In this document: positions 11,720 through 20,632 of the stretch, piece after piece
Position numbering within the stretch: the first letter of the stretch is position 1
How the letters are laid out: every line of letters starts with the position of its first letter
Assembly (NCBI GenBank): GCA_945875955.1
Contig: CAMCNQ010000001.1
Coordinates: forward strand, 1 to 41,237
Length of the DNA stretch: 41,237 bases
Source of the DNA: Limnohabitans sp. Rim8
Lineage (GTDB): Bacteria; Pseudomonadota; Gammaproteobacteria; Burkholderiales; Burkholderiaceae_C
Direction: 5' to 3'
The notes under the pieces: generated by a model
Databases searched by the model: none
What the model was told of the DNA's origin: nothing
The model's input: only the letters and a program-made list of their open reading frames with translations
Position numbers and translations under genes: made by a program

Positions 11720-12883
11720 ATGCAAAGAAGACAATGGATGAAAGCCACCAGCGCGGCCGCCTTGAGTTTTGCGGGCTTTCCCGCATGGGGTGGCAAGGCC
11801 GACGCGCAAGCCCCCCGCTTGTTGGTGGTGATGCTGCGTGGCGCGATGGATGGACTCAGTGCCGTGCCACCTGTGGCCGATGCAAACTATTTCCGCATTC
11901 GGCCCAGCTTGGCCATTCAAAACAGCCTGCCGCTGGATGCGTCGTTCGGCCTGCACCCGAGCTTGCAGCACCTACACGAGTTGTGGGGGCAAAGGCAATT
12001 GGCGATTGTCCACAGCACCGGCTTTTCCTACTTTGGACGCTCGCACTTTGAGGGGCAAGACCTCATGCAGTCTGGCATGAACAAGCCCTATGCATCGGCC
12101 TCGGGTTGGCTGGGCCGGGCCATGCAAATGGCCCAGGTGTCAGGTGGTGTGTCCATCTCCATTCCCATGCCCTTGATTTTGCGTGGCAACCCCAGTTCGG
12201 CCACCCAATTTCCGAATTGGATGCCACCCCTGACCCCCAAGCTGACCGATGCGCTTGCTGCCTTGTGGGCGCAAGACCCTTTGATTTCGCCCTATGCCGC
12301 CAGCTTAAAGGCCGATGCCATCTCAAAACCAGATCGCATGGGCCGTCAAGAATACGTGGCCGCACGGTCCTTCTCCGAATTGGGCCGTTTGGCGGGGCGG
12401 GAAATGCGTGCGCCACAAGGCCCCCGTGTGGGCTTGGTTGATTTCACGCATGGTTTTGACACCCATGCCAACCAAGGTGCTGAGCAAGGGGGCTTGGCCG
12501 ATCAATTGCAGCAGTTGGACCGCTTGGTCAAAGCCTACCAAGATGAAATGGGCCCCGCTTGGGCCAATGCCTTGGTGGTGACCGTCACCGAATTTGGCCG
12601 AACTGCCGCTGAAAATGGCACCACAGGGACCGACCACGGCGTGGGCACTTGTTGCTTTTTGGCTGGTGGTTTGATCAGCGAAGCCAAGGTGTATTCAGAT
12701 TGGCGTGGGTTGTCGAAAGACCAGCTGTTTGAAGGAAGGGATTTGCCCGCCACGATCGATGTGGCGGCGGTGTATGCGCGGGTGGTCGAACGGGTGTTTC
12801 AAATTCCGCCCCAGCGCATTGGCGATCAAGTGATCGCCCACCAAGCCAGTCGCGCTTTAAAGGGCTTGTTGGATTTGGCTTGA
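11720..12883 (+). CDS. DUF1501 family protein with twin-arginine (Tat) signal
   Basis: N-terminal MQRRQWMK...AWG. Motifs LRGAMDGLSAVPP, FGLHPSL, RSHFEGQ, GFDTHANQ, EFGRT, NGTTGTDHG and LFEGRDL. Confidence 0.9.
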   Translation: MQRRQWMKATSAAALSFAGFPAWGGKADAQAPRLLVVMLRGAMDGLSAVPPVADANYFRIRPSLAIQNSLPLDASFGLHPSLQHLHELWGQRQLAIVHSTGFSYFGRSHFEGQDLMQSGMNKPYASASGWLGRAMQMAQVSGGVSISIPMPLILRGNPSSATQFPNWMPPLTPKLTDALAALWAQDPLISPYAASLKADAISKPDRMGRQEYVAARSFSELGRLAGREMRAPQGPRVGLVDFTHGFDTHANQGAEQGGLADQLQQLDRLVKAYQDEMGPAWANALVVTVTEFGRTAAENGTTGTDHGVGTCCFLAGGLISEAKVYSDWRGLSKDQLFEGRDLPATIDVAAVYARVVERVFQIPPQRIGDQVIAHQASRALKGLLDLA

Positions 12884-12915
12884 TGCCTGACCGCCTCTGA
12901 AAGGCGTGCCAAGTT

Positions 12916-13779
12916 TCAAGATGCGCGGCACTCTCCCATGGCCTCACCCATGCAAACGGGGCGTTCGGCCAGCCAGTCGGGCATGAATTGCATGCGGCCT
13001 TTGGCAAACAGCATCACCACCGTGGAGCCGAGCAAAAAGCGACCCATCTCATCGCCCTGGGCCAAGGCAATGTGCGCGTTCGCGTAATCCCACTGACGCA
13101 CTTTGCCCGGACGCGGCGGGTTCACAACGCCATGCCACACGGTGGCCATGCTGCCCACCACCGTGGCACCCACCAAGACCATGACAAACGGGCCGTGCGC
13201 GCCATCAAACACGCACACCACCCGTTCGTTGCGCGCAAACAGACCGGGCACGCCGCGGGCTGTGGTGGGGTTGACCGAAAACAGATCGCCAGGCACATGG
13301 ACCATGCGGGTCAAGCGGCCCGCACAGGGCATGTGGATGCGGTGGTAGTCGCGCGGGCTGAGGTACAAGGTGGCAAATTCGCCCTCTTGAAACTGCGCGG
13401 CCAGCGCCGCATCGCCGCCCACCAGGGCCTGTGTGCTGTAGCTGTGGCCCTTGGCCTGCAAGAGCTGGTCGCCCACAATGGGACCGCATTGGCTGATGGC
13501 GCCGTCCACCGGGCTGACCCATGTCGCCTGCGCCAAGGGGCGTACAGCCGGACGCAAAGGGCGGGTGAAAAATTCGTTGAAGCTTTTGTACGCGGCGGTG
13601 TCCGGGTTGACCGCTTCCGCCATGTTGACGTCGTAGCGTTTGACAAACCACTGGATGATGGCCGTGGTCACGCCGCCCCATTGGCCGCTGGCCACCCAGC
13701 CGGCAAAAGCGGTCAGGGCTTGTTTGGGCAAAAGGTATTGCGACGCAACCGCCAAGCGGTCAAAAACAGAACTGGACAT
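12916..13779 (-). CDS. psd: Phosphatidylserine decarboxylase proenzyme
   Basis: FNEFFTR, SPVDG, YLSPRDYHRIHMP, LFARNER and GRFLLGST (autocleavage LGST). Confidence 0.96.
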   Translation of the reverse strand: MSSSVFDRLAVASQYLLPKQALTAFAGWVASGQWGGVTTAIIQWFVKRYDVNMAEAVNPDTAAYKSFNEFFTRPLRPAVRPLAQATWVSPVDGAISQCGPIVGDQLLQAKGHSYSTQALVGGDAALAAQFQEGEFATLYLSPRDYHRIHMPCAGRLTRMVHVPGDLFSVNPTTARGVPGLFARNERVVCVFDGAHGPFVMVLVGATVVGSMATVWHGVVNPPRPGKVRQWDYANAHIALAQGDEMGRFLLGSTVVMLFAKGRMQFMPDWLAERPVCMGEAMGECRAS

Positions 13780-14009
13780 GGGGGGCCCGCCAAAGCGGTT
13801 CAAGACAATGCCGTGATTTTATCGGGCGACGCATGCCACCAGGCCGCAGCCTGGATTCGCACAAAAAAGCAGCAAGCCTGGACAGCCCCGAGGGGCCTTT
13901 GGCGAGACGGGCCCCGCCAAGCGGCGTGCCTTGCAGGACCACACCACGCTGTCGCCCCGCAAGGCCCTGGAGGGCGCTAGGCTTGCGCCGCCAAAGGCAC
14001 AATACCGGT

Positions 14010-14939
14010 ATGAAAACCCCTTTGCTATCGGCCCTGCACTTGGTCAAACGCTATGGCGACACCACGGTGGTCAACGACCTGTCTTTCTACATCGAGCCCG
14101 GCGAGTGCTTGGGCGTGATTGGCCCCAATGGCGCGGGCAAAACCACCACTTTGCGCATGTGTTTGGGCTTGTGTGAGCCCGATGGTGGTGAAATTCGCTG
14201 CTTCGATGGCCTGCAGATGCCCCGCGATGCCTTGGCCATCAAGTCCCGCTTGGGGGTGGTGGCGCAAATGGACACGCTGGATCCGGACTTCACTGCCGAA
14301 GAAAATCTGCTGGTTTTTGGCCGCTATTTCGGCCTGCCGGACGCCGTGATCCGCCAACGCATTCCCCAGTTGCTCGAGTTTGGTGCCTTGAGCCACAAGG
14401 CCAAAGCCAAACCCGGTGAATTGTCGGGTGGCATGAAGCGACGCCTGAGCCTGGCCCGCGCCTTGATCAACCAGCCCCAGTTGCTGATGCTCGATGAGCC
14501 CACCACAGGGCTGGACCCGCAAGCGCGCCACCTGATGTGGGAGCGCTTGCAGGTCTTGCTGCAAGAAGGCAAATCGATTTTGCTGACCACCCATTTCATG
14601 GACGAGGCCGAGCGCCTGTGTTCTCGCCTCTTGGTGCTGGACCAAGGCCGCAAGATCGCCGAGGGCAAACCGCGCGACCTGATCGCCCAGCATCTGGAGC
14701 CCGAGGTGGTCGAGGTGTTTGGCCAAGGGGCCGTGGCCCTGGCGCAAGAGGCCCGCCTGAAGGCCCTGGCTGGCCGTGTGGAAGTGAGCGGGGAAACCGT
14801 GTTTTTCTACACCCAAGACAGCCGCGCCTTGATGCATGCGCTGGAGGCCTGGCCCACACTGCGCACCTTGCACCGCCCTTCCAACCTGGAAGACCTGTTC
14901 TTGAAATTGACCGGACGCCAGATTCGGGAAGAGGGTTAA
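14010..14939 (+). CDS. nodI: ABC-2 exporter ATP-binding subunit, NodI-like
   Basis: Walker A GPNGAGKT, signature LSGGMKRR, LDEPTTGLDPQARHLMWERL and NLEDLFLKLTGR. The ORF-track extension from 13833 is non-homologous. Confidence 0.85.
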   Translation: MKTPLLSALHLVKRYGDTTVVNDLSFYIEPGECLGVIGPNGAGKTTTLRMCLGLCEPDGGEIRCFDGLQMPRDALAIKSRLGVVAQMDTLDPDFTAEENLLVFGRYFGLPDAVIRQRIPQLLEFGALSHKAKAKPGELSGGMKRRLSLARALINQPQLLMLDEPTTGLDPQARHLMWERLQVLLQEGKSILLTTHFMDEAERLCSRLLVLDQGRKIAEGKPRDLIAQHLEPEVVEVFGQGAVALAQEARLKALAGRVEVSGETVFFYTQDSRALMHALEAWPTLRTLHRPSNLEDLFLKLTGRQIREEG

Positions 14940-14942
14940 GCC

Positions 14943-15749
14943 ATGAGTCAAATTCAAAACAACATCTGGGCCGCGCCCCGCCTGTCCATGCGCTGGTGGC
15001 CGGTGTTCCAGCGCAACTGGCTGGTCTGGAAAAAACTGGCCATCCCCAGTTTGGTGGGCAACATCGCCGAGCCGCTGATGTGGCTGGTGGCCTTTGGTTA
15101 CGGCTTGGGTTCACTGGTCGGGCAGATCGAGATGGGCGGCGAGAAGGTGCCCTACATCTTGTTTTTGGCCAGCGGCAGCATCTGCATGAGCGCCATGAAC
15201 GCGGCCACTTTTGAGGCCCTGTACTCGGCCTTTTCTCGCATGCATGTGCAAAAAACCTGGGACGGCATCATGAACGCCCCGGTACGGCTCGATGATGTGG
15301 TGCTGGCCGAAATGCTGTGGGCCGCATTCAAGGCCTTGTTCACGGTCACCGCCATCCTGGGCGTGATGCTGCTGCTGGACATCAGCCACAGTTGGAAGCT
15401 CTTGGTCGCCTGGCCGGTGCTGCTGGGCGTGGGCATCACCTTCAGCTGCATGGCGCTGATCTTCAACGCGCTGGCCAAGGGCTATGACTTTTTCACCTAC
15501 TACTTCACCCTGTTCCTCACGCCCATGATGTTTTTGTCAGGCATCTTTTTTCCTCGCGATCAACTGCCCGGCTTTGTGCGCGTGGTGGCCGACTGGCTGC
15601 CGCTGTCGGTGGCCGTCGACTTGGTGCGGCCGATGTTCCTGGACCGTTGGCCAGACGAACCGGTGCGGCTGGTGGGGGTGTTGGCGCTGTATGCGGTGGT
15701 GTCGTTTTGGATTGCGCTGGCGTTGACGCGAAAGCGGTTTCGGGGTTGA
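14943..15749 (+). CDS. nodJ: ABC-2 exporter permease, NodJ-like
   Basis: RNWLVWKK, EALYSAFSRMHVQKTWDGIM, TPMMFLSGIFFP. About six hydrophobic segments. Confidence 0.85.
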   Translation: MSQIQNNIWAAPRLSMRWWPVFQRNWLVWKKLAIPSLVGNIAEPLMWLVAFGYGLGSLVGQIEMGGEKVPYILFLASGSICMSAMNAATFEALYSAFSRMHVQKTWDGIMNAPVRLDDVVLAEMLWAAFKALFTVTAILGVMLLLDISHSWKLLVAWPVLLGVGITFSCMALIFNALAKGYDFFTYYFTLFLTPMMFLSGIFFPRDQLPGFVRVVADWLPLSVAVDLVRPMFLDRWPDEPVRLVGVLALYAVVSFWIALALTRKRFRG

Positions 15750-15773
15750 GCGGTTTGGCCGCCCAGCGGTCCA

Positions 15774-17021
15774 TCAGGTCGGCTGGCTCAGGGCCTGCAC
15801 CCACTCGATCTGTCTTGGCAAACACCGCGTCTCCAAATCGTAGTTCTCCACCGCAAAGGCCCGCGCTTGCGCGCCAAGCCTTGCGCGTTCGGTGGGGTTG
15901 TCGCACAGCGCAATGACCTGCTGCGCCAGCGCCGCCGGGTCAAAGAAGTCCACCAGTTGGCCGGTCTCGCCATGGCGAATGGCTTCGCGCACCGGGGCGG
16001 TGTCGCTGGCCACAATGGCGCAGCCTGCGCTCATGGCTTCCAGCAAGCTCCAGCTGAGCACAAAGGGGTAGGTCAGGTACACATGCACCGTGGCCACTTG
16101 CAGCACGTGCAAAAAGTCCTTGTAAGGCACTTTGCCCACAAAGTGAACGCGTTGCAGATCGAGTTGGTCTTTGACTTCGTTCAAATAAATATCGCGCCAG
16201 GTTTGCGCCTGCCCATCGGCGGCGGCCGGGGCGGCAGCGCCGTAGCTGACGTCGTTGCCGCCGATCACCACCACTTGCGCGTTGGGGCGGGCTTGCAAGA
16301 TGGCGGGCAAGGCCCGCATGAACTGGTGGTAGCCCCGATAAGGCTCTAAATTGCGGTTGACGAAGCTGATGACCTCGTCCTGGGCGCTGAGCGCCAGTGG
16401 GCCTTGCGCTGTCTCTAAGCGCAGCGTGGCCTTGGGGTCGGGTCGGATCAGGTCGGTGCGAATGCCGTCGTGGATCACGGCGATGCGCGAGGCAAAGGGT
16501 TTTGGAAACAAAGACGCTTGCCAATGCGTGGGGGAAATGCCCGCCTGCACACGCGGAAAGTGCAGCTCGTAGTTGGCGTTTTTCATTTGCAAGCGGCAAG
16601 CGTTGTCGGCGGTGGGGAGGCCAAATTCCGGGTCAAAACCGACATCGGCACCCTCGGCCTTGTAGAAAAACTCGCAGTAAATGCCCATGCGGGCCTGTGG
16701 CCAGACCTGGTGCAAAAACAGGCTTTCACCCCAACCGGGATGGGCCACGATCACATCGGGCACAAAGCCCTGTTCGCGCATTTGCATGGCCGCTTGCCAG
16801 GCGGCTTCGCCGCGCAGGGTTTTGACCTCCAAATCCGCCATCCAGCGCTGGGTGCCCTGACCGGGGCGGCCTTGCACGCCATAGCGCACCAAGGCCACGC
16901 CCGGCATGGGCGGGCTGGCGTTGATGTGCATGGCCACCACGCGGTGCCCCAGGCGGGCCAAGGCGGGGGCCAGGTGCTTGAATTGACCAGGGAAATTCTG
17001 GTGGACAAAAAGGATGTTCAT
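15774..17021 (-). CDS. GT4 (GT-B fold) glycosyltransferase
   Basis: N-terminal HQNFPGQF and HPGWGE, RNLEPYRG, and YPFVLSWSLLEAMSAGC...SDTAPVRE nucleotide-sugar binding motif. Confidence 0.92.
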   Translation of the reverse strand: MNILFVHQNFPGQFKHLAPALARLGHRVVAMHINASPPMPGVALVRYGVQGRPGQGTQRWMADLEVKTLRGEAAWQAAMQMREQGFVPDVIVAHPGWGESLFLHQVWPQARMGIYCEFFYKAEGADVGFDPEFGLPTADNACRLQMKNANYELHFPRVQAGISPTHWQASLFPKPFASRIAVIHDGIRTDLIRPDPKATLRLETAQGPLALSAQDEVISFVNRNLEPYRGYHQFMRALPAILQARPNAQVVVIGGNDVSYGAAAPAAADGQAQTWRDIYLNEVKDQLDLQRVHFVGKVPYKDFLHVLQVATVHVYLTYPFVLSWSLLEAMSAGCAIVASDTAPVREAIRHGETGQLVDFFDPAALAQQVIALCDNPTERARLGAQARAFAVENYDLETRCLPRQIEWVQALSQPT

Positions 17022-17149
17022 GGTGTCAGGTCTCGGGCTGAATCATCGCATGCGCGACAGCCAGATCCCGTTCAGCGTCAGCAGCCTGTGGCGGGGGGCC
17101 GTTAAGATGCCTGGGGTCCGTTTTATCCCGTTTTCAAGAAAGTACAGCG

Positions 17150-17998
17150 ATGAGCATTCAAACCGTAGGCATCATTGGCGCAGGCACCATGGGCCATGGC
17201 ATTGCACAGGCATGCGCCGTTTCAGGCGTTTCCGTGGTGATGGTCGATATTTCTGAAGCAGCCGTGGCCAAAGGCCTGGCCAGCGTGGCCAGCAGCCTGG
17301 ACCGCATGGTCAAAAAAGAAAAAATCAGCGAAGCCGACAAGGCCGCTGCGCTGGCCCGCATCCAAGGCAGCACACGTTACGAAGACCTCCAAGGCGCGCA
17401 ACTGGTGATCGAGGCGGCGACCGAAAACCATGAGCTGAAAGTCAAAATCTTGAAGCAGCTGGATGCTTTGTTGGCCCCCAACGTGATCATTGCGTCCAAC
17501 ACTTCGTCGATCTCCATCACCCAGTTGGCCGCTGCCACCCAGCGTGCCGACCGTTTCATTGGCATGCATTTCTTCAATCCCGTGCCCGTCATGGCGCTGG
17601 TGGAAATCATCCGGGGCCTGCAAACCAGCGACGCCACACACGACGCGGTGCACGCGATGGCACTGGCGCTGGGCAAAACCCCGATCACCGTGAAAAATGC
17701 CCCCGGCTTTGTGGTCAACCGCATCCTGGTGCCCATGATCAACGAGGCCTTCTTTGTACTGGGCGAAGGCCTGGCCGAGGCCGAGGCGATCGACGCGGGC
17801 ATGAAGCTGGGCTGCAACCAGCCCATTGGCCCGCTGGCGCTGGCCGACATGCTTGGCCTTGATGTGTGCCTGGCCGTGATGGAGGTCTACCTCAAAGAGT
17901 TTGGCGACAGCAAATACCGCCCCAGCCCGCTGCTGAAAGAAATGGTGGCTGCGGGTCGTCTGGGCCGAAAGACGGGGCAGGGCGTTTACAAGTACTGA
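17150..17998 (+). CDS. hbd: 3-hydroxybutyryl-CoA dehydrogenase
   Basis: GAGTMG Rossmann motif, IEAATEN, ASNTSSISIT, GMHFFNPVP, PGFVVNR and GRLGRKTGQG. Confidence 0.93.
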   Translation: MSIQTVGIIGAGTMGHGIAQACAVSGVSVVMVDISEAAVAKGLASVASSLDRMVKKEKISEADKAAALARIQGSTRYEDLQGAQLVIEAATENHELKVKILKQLDALLAPNVIIASNTSSISITQLAAATQRADRFIGMHFFNPVPVMALVEIIRGLQTSDATHDAVHAMALALGKTPITVKNAPGFVVNRILVPMINEAFFVLGEGLAEAEAIDAGMKLGCNQPIGPLALADMLGLDVCLAVMEVYLKEFGDSKYRPSPLLKEMVAAGRLGRKTGQGVYKY

Positions 17999-18006
17999 AG
18001 TTCTTG

Positions 18007-18044
18007 TCGCAAGATCCCTGGGTTTGTGTTCATCGATCTTGCGA
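18007..18044 (+). terminator. Stem-loop downstream of hbd
   Basis: TCGCAAGATC (18007-16) pairs with GATCTTGCGA (18035-44) around an 18-nt loop. No clear U-tract. Confidence 0.3.
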
Positions 18045-18059
18045 GACATTCATCACCAA

Positions 18060-18277
18060 GCCGGGTTTCGCCCCGGCAGGCGACTCACTTTCTCTTGCTT
18101 CGCCAAGAGAAAGTAAGCAAAGAGAAGGCGAGCCGAATTCGTCGTCCCTTCGCTGGCGCTCAGGGCGCGCTGCGTTGCTCGGTCTGAACGGGGTGCGCCG
18201 CAAACTCGCTTCGCTCAAACACGCGTCGCCCCTTTTCCGTTCAGCCCTGCGCTACTCGCCGACGCATAACGGCAGGG
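18060..18277. repeat. Highly structured intergenic element (MITE/REP-like dispersed repeat or ncRNA)
   Basis: Stems GCCGGG/CCCGGC, ACTTTCTCTTG/CAAGAGAAAGT (11 bp), CCCT/AGGG, CTGAACGG/CCGTTCAG and CCCTGC/GCAGGG. Four YTTCGC motifs. Confidence 0.7.
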
Positions 18278-18340
18278 AGGAACACCATACTGTCACTTTC
18301 GTGAACGAAGACGCTTCCACTTGGCCTCTAACATGAGGCC

Positions 18341-19147
18341 ATGAACACCACCCCCCATCCTGAAGGCCAGATCGACTGCAGCGTACACGGTGCCGTCCTT
18401 CAAATCTGCATCAACCGCCCGGCCAAGCGCAATGGCTTCACACCCAAGATGTTCCGCGAACTGGGCGAGGCCTACACCCGGCTTGACGATGATCACTCGC
18501 TGCGTGTGGGTGTGCTCTGTGCGGCGGGTGCGCACTTCACCGCCGGGCTGGATTTGCCCACCATCGCGCCACTCATGCAGCGCGGCGAAAAGGCCGTGCC
18601 GCTGGGGCTGGTGGACCCGCTGAACCTGGGCATGGACGGTTACCGCAGGCGCACAAAACCCATGGTGGTGGCGGTGCAGGGCGTCACTTACACGCTGGGT
18701 ATTGAACTCATGCTGGCCGCCGACATCGTGGTGGCGGCCGATGACTGCCGGTTTTCGCAACTGGAGGTGCAGCGCGGCATCATGGCCACGGGTGGTGCTA
18801 CCCTGCGCATGGCCGAGCGCGCGGGTTCGGGCAACGCGCTGTTGCATTTGCTCACGGGCGATGTGTTTGACAGCGCCGAGGCCTTGCGCCTGAACTTTGT
18901 GCAAAAGGTGGTGCCTGCGCCAGATTTGCTGGCCGAGGCCCTGCGCATCGCCGAGTTGATCGCCGCGCAAGCACCGCTCGCGGTGGTGGCCACACGGCAC
19001 AACGTGCTCAAAGCGGTGGAGCAGGGGCCGCTGGTGGCCATGCACGATTTTCTGGGCGTGCAACAGCGTTTGTCTGCCAGCGAGGATGCGGCCGAAGGCC
19101 TGCGCTCGTTTGTGGAAAAACGCACAGCGCGGTTCACTGGGCGATAA
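18341..19147 (+). CDS. Crotonase/enoyl-CoA hydratase family protein
   Basis: NRPAKRN, FTAGLDL, KPMVVAVQG...GIELMLAADI, EVQRGI and EDAAEGLRSFVEKR. Confidence 0.93.
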   Translation: MNTTPHPEGQIDCSVHGAVLQICINRPAKRNGFTPKMFRELGEAYTRLDDDHSLRVGVLCAAGAHFTAGLDLPTIAPLMQRGEKAVPLGLVDPLNLGMDGYRRRTKPMVVAVQGVTYTLGIELMLAADIVVAADDCRFSQLEVQRGIMATGGATLRMAERAGSGNALLHLLTGDVFDSAEALRLNFVQKVVPAPDLLAEALRIAELIAAQAPLAVVATRHNVLKAVEQGPLVAMHDFLGVQQRLSASEDAAEGLRSFVEKRTARFTGR

Positions 19148-19302
19148 AGCAATGCCTGTGGTCAGAATTTTTTCATAGGCTACGCTGAACTGTTTTTGAA
19201 CAACAAAAAATTGTCTTGTTCAAAAATAAGAAACCATAAAGTTTAAAAAACAAGAGGCCCCGTGGTGGGTGCTTTGCCGTGGCCCTGCGCGCAGCCAGAG
19301 CA

Positions 19303-19327
19303 CTCCACATTTTCTCCACAATTGCGC
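19303..19327 (+). promoter_or_regulatory. BaeR/OmpR-type direct-repeat binding site
   Basis: CTCCACA-TTTT-CTCCACA (11-bp period) followed by ATTGCGC. Resembles the E. coli BaeR box TTTTTCTCCATDATTGGC. About 50 bp upstream of the di-heme gene start. Confidence 0.6.
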
Positions 19328-19375
19328 AACAGACTTCGCTCCATCGTCAACCCATTTTTGATCTGGAGTGTTTTC

Positions 19376-20590
19376 ATGTTGCCTTGTTTCACAAACAAAT
19401 TCAGGCCCATTGGGGGCGCCATTCTCCTTGCATTGACAAGTCTGCTGGTCGCCTGTGGCGGTGGCAGCGCCAGTCTTTCTGAAGTCAGTCCCGCGGCAGT
19501 GGGCAGTCGCATCTTCACCGATGTGAATTTGTCCTCACCCGCAGGCACGGCCTGTGTCAATTGCCACGGCGCCGCACAAGGTTTTGCCGGCAACAATGGC
19601 TCGACCATTGGCGTGGCCTTGGGCAGCACAAGCGGCTCTTTGGGGCTGCGCAACGCCATGACCAACAGTTACAGCGGCTTGGTGCCGCCTTTTTCTTTTA
19701 TCCAGGGGCCAGACGGCAAATTTGAAGCCGAAGGGGGGCTGCTCTGGGATGGCCGTGCCGACACGCTGGAGTTGCAAGGCGCGGGTCCTTTTGTGCACCC
19801 CTTGGAGATGAACGCCACGGAAAAAGAGGTGGTCGACAAGATCGCGGCCTCCAGCTATGCCGATCTGTTCAAACAGGTTTTTGGGGCCGATGTGTTCAAC
19901 AACACCCGCACCGCCTTTGAAAAAGTCACCTCGGCACTGGCTTCGTTCGCGCGTGACACCATGCAGCCTTTCAGCTCGAAATACGACGCCATGGTGCGTG
20001 GCGACCTGAGTTTCAACCAGGCAGAAAGCCGGGGCATGGCGCTGTTCATGGACCCCAACAAAGGAAACTGTGCCGGTTGCCATCTGATGGACCCCACCAG
20101 CAGGCAACCGAGTGACTCGATGTTCACGGAGTTCACTTTTTACGCCACCGGTGTGCCTCGCAACACGGCCATCCCCAGGAATGCAGACCCCTTGTTTTAT
20201 GACCTGGGCTTGTGCGGACCGGAAAGAACCCCGCCAGTGCTGCCGCAGGCGGTGCTGGACACGGGTGTGAGCATAGACAATTTTTGCGGCATGTTCCGCA
20301 TGCCCACCCTGCGCAACGTGGCTGAACGACCGGCCTTCATGCACAACGGCTTTTTTAAGAACCTGCACGAAGTGGTGCGTTTTTATGCCACCCGCAACAG
20401 CGACCCGGTGCATTGGTATGGCGGCGATGGCACACCCAACGACCTGCCCGCCCAATACCTGGGCAACATCGAAAAAGTGAAAGCCCCTTTCAACCGATTG
20501 CCCGCTCAGGGGCCGGCCATGACCGATGGCGAGATCGACGATGTGGTGGCTTTTCTTCGCACCCTGAGCGACGGTTACAGACCCCGCTAA
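19376..20590 (+). CDS. Di-heme cytochrome c peroxidase/MauG superfamily lipoprotein (BthA-like)
   Basis: GGAG RBS, lipobox LLVAC, two CxxCH motifs (CVNCH, CAGCH), WDGRADTL, PFVHPLEM, FRMPTLRNVA, FMHNG and DVVAFLRTLSD. Confidence 0.9.
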   Translation: MLPCFTNKFRPIGGAILLALTSLLVACGGGSASLSEVSPAAVGSRIFTDVNLSSPAGTACVNCHGAAQGFAGNNGSTIGVALGSTSGSLGLRNAMTNSYSGLVPPFSFIQGPDGKFEAEGGLLWDGRADTLELQGAGPFVHPLEMNATEKEVVDKIAASSYADLFKQVFGADVFNNTRTAFEKVTSALASFARDTMQPFSSKYDAMVRGDLSFNQAESRGMALFMDPNKGNCAGCHLMDPTSRQPSDSMFTEFTFYATGVPRNTAIPRNADPLFYDLGLCGPERTPPVLPQAVLDTGVSIDNFCGMFRMPTLRNVAERPAFMHNGFFKNLHEVVRFYATRNSDPVHWYGGDGTPNDLPAQYLGNIEKVKAPFNRLPAQGPAMTDGEIDDVVAFLRTLSDGYRPR

Positions 20591-20632
20591 GATCGGTTCT
20601 CAGTCAAACCTCACAAGCACCTAGATCACCCC

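Noticed and set aside
13833-14009. ORF-track N-terminal extensions (nodI from 13833; also di-heme 19262, regulator 22651, glk 25746, tctD-like 27873)
   Set aside because: Non-homologous, intergenic-like sequence. The downstream ATGs fit domain boundaries and RBS/-10 positions better.
14010-15749. NodIJ-like genes as evidence of nodulation
   Set aside because: No nodABC or nod box is present. NodIJ paralogues are common in non-symbiotic betaproteobacteria.
18060-18277. Element as tRNA, tmRNA, SRP, 6S or group II intron fragment
   Set aside because: No cloverleaf or T-loop, no SRP or domain V signature, and no tag reading frame recognisable by eye. An Rfam scan would be decisive.
17866-18336. 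ORFs running through the structured element (17866-18336 +, 18030-18218 -)
   Set aside because: No RBS or protein-like features. The sequence is better explained by base-pairing constraints.
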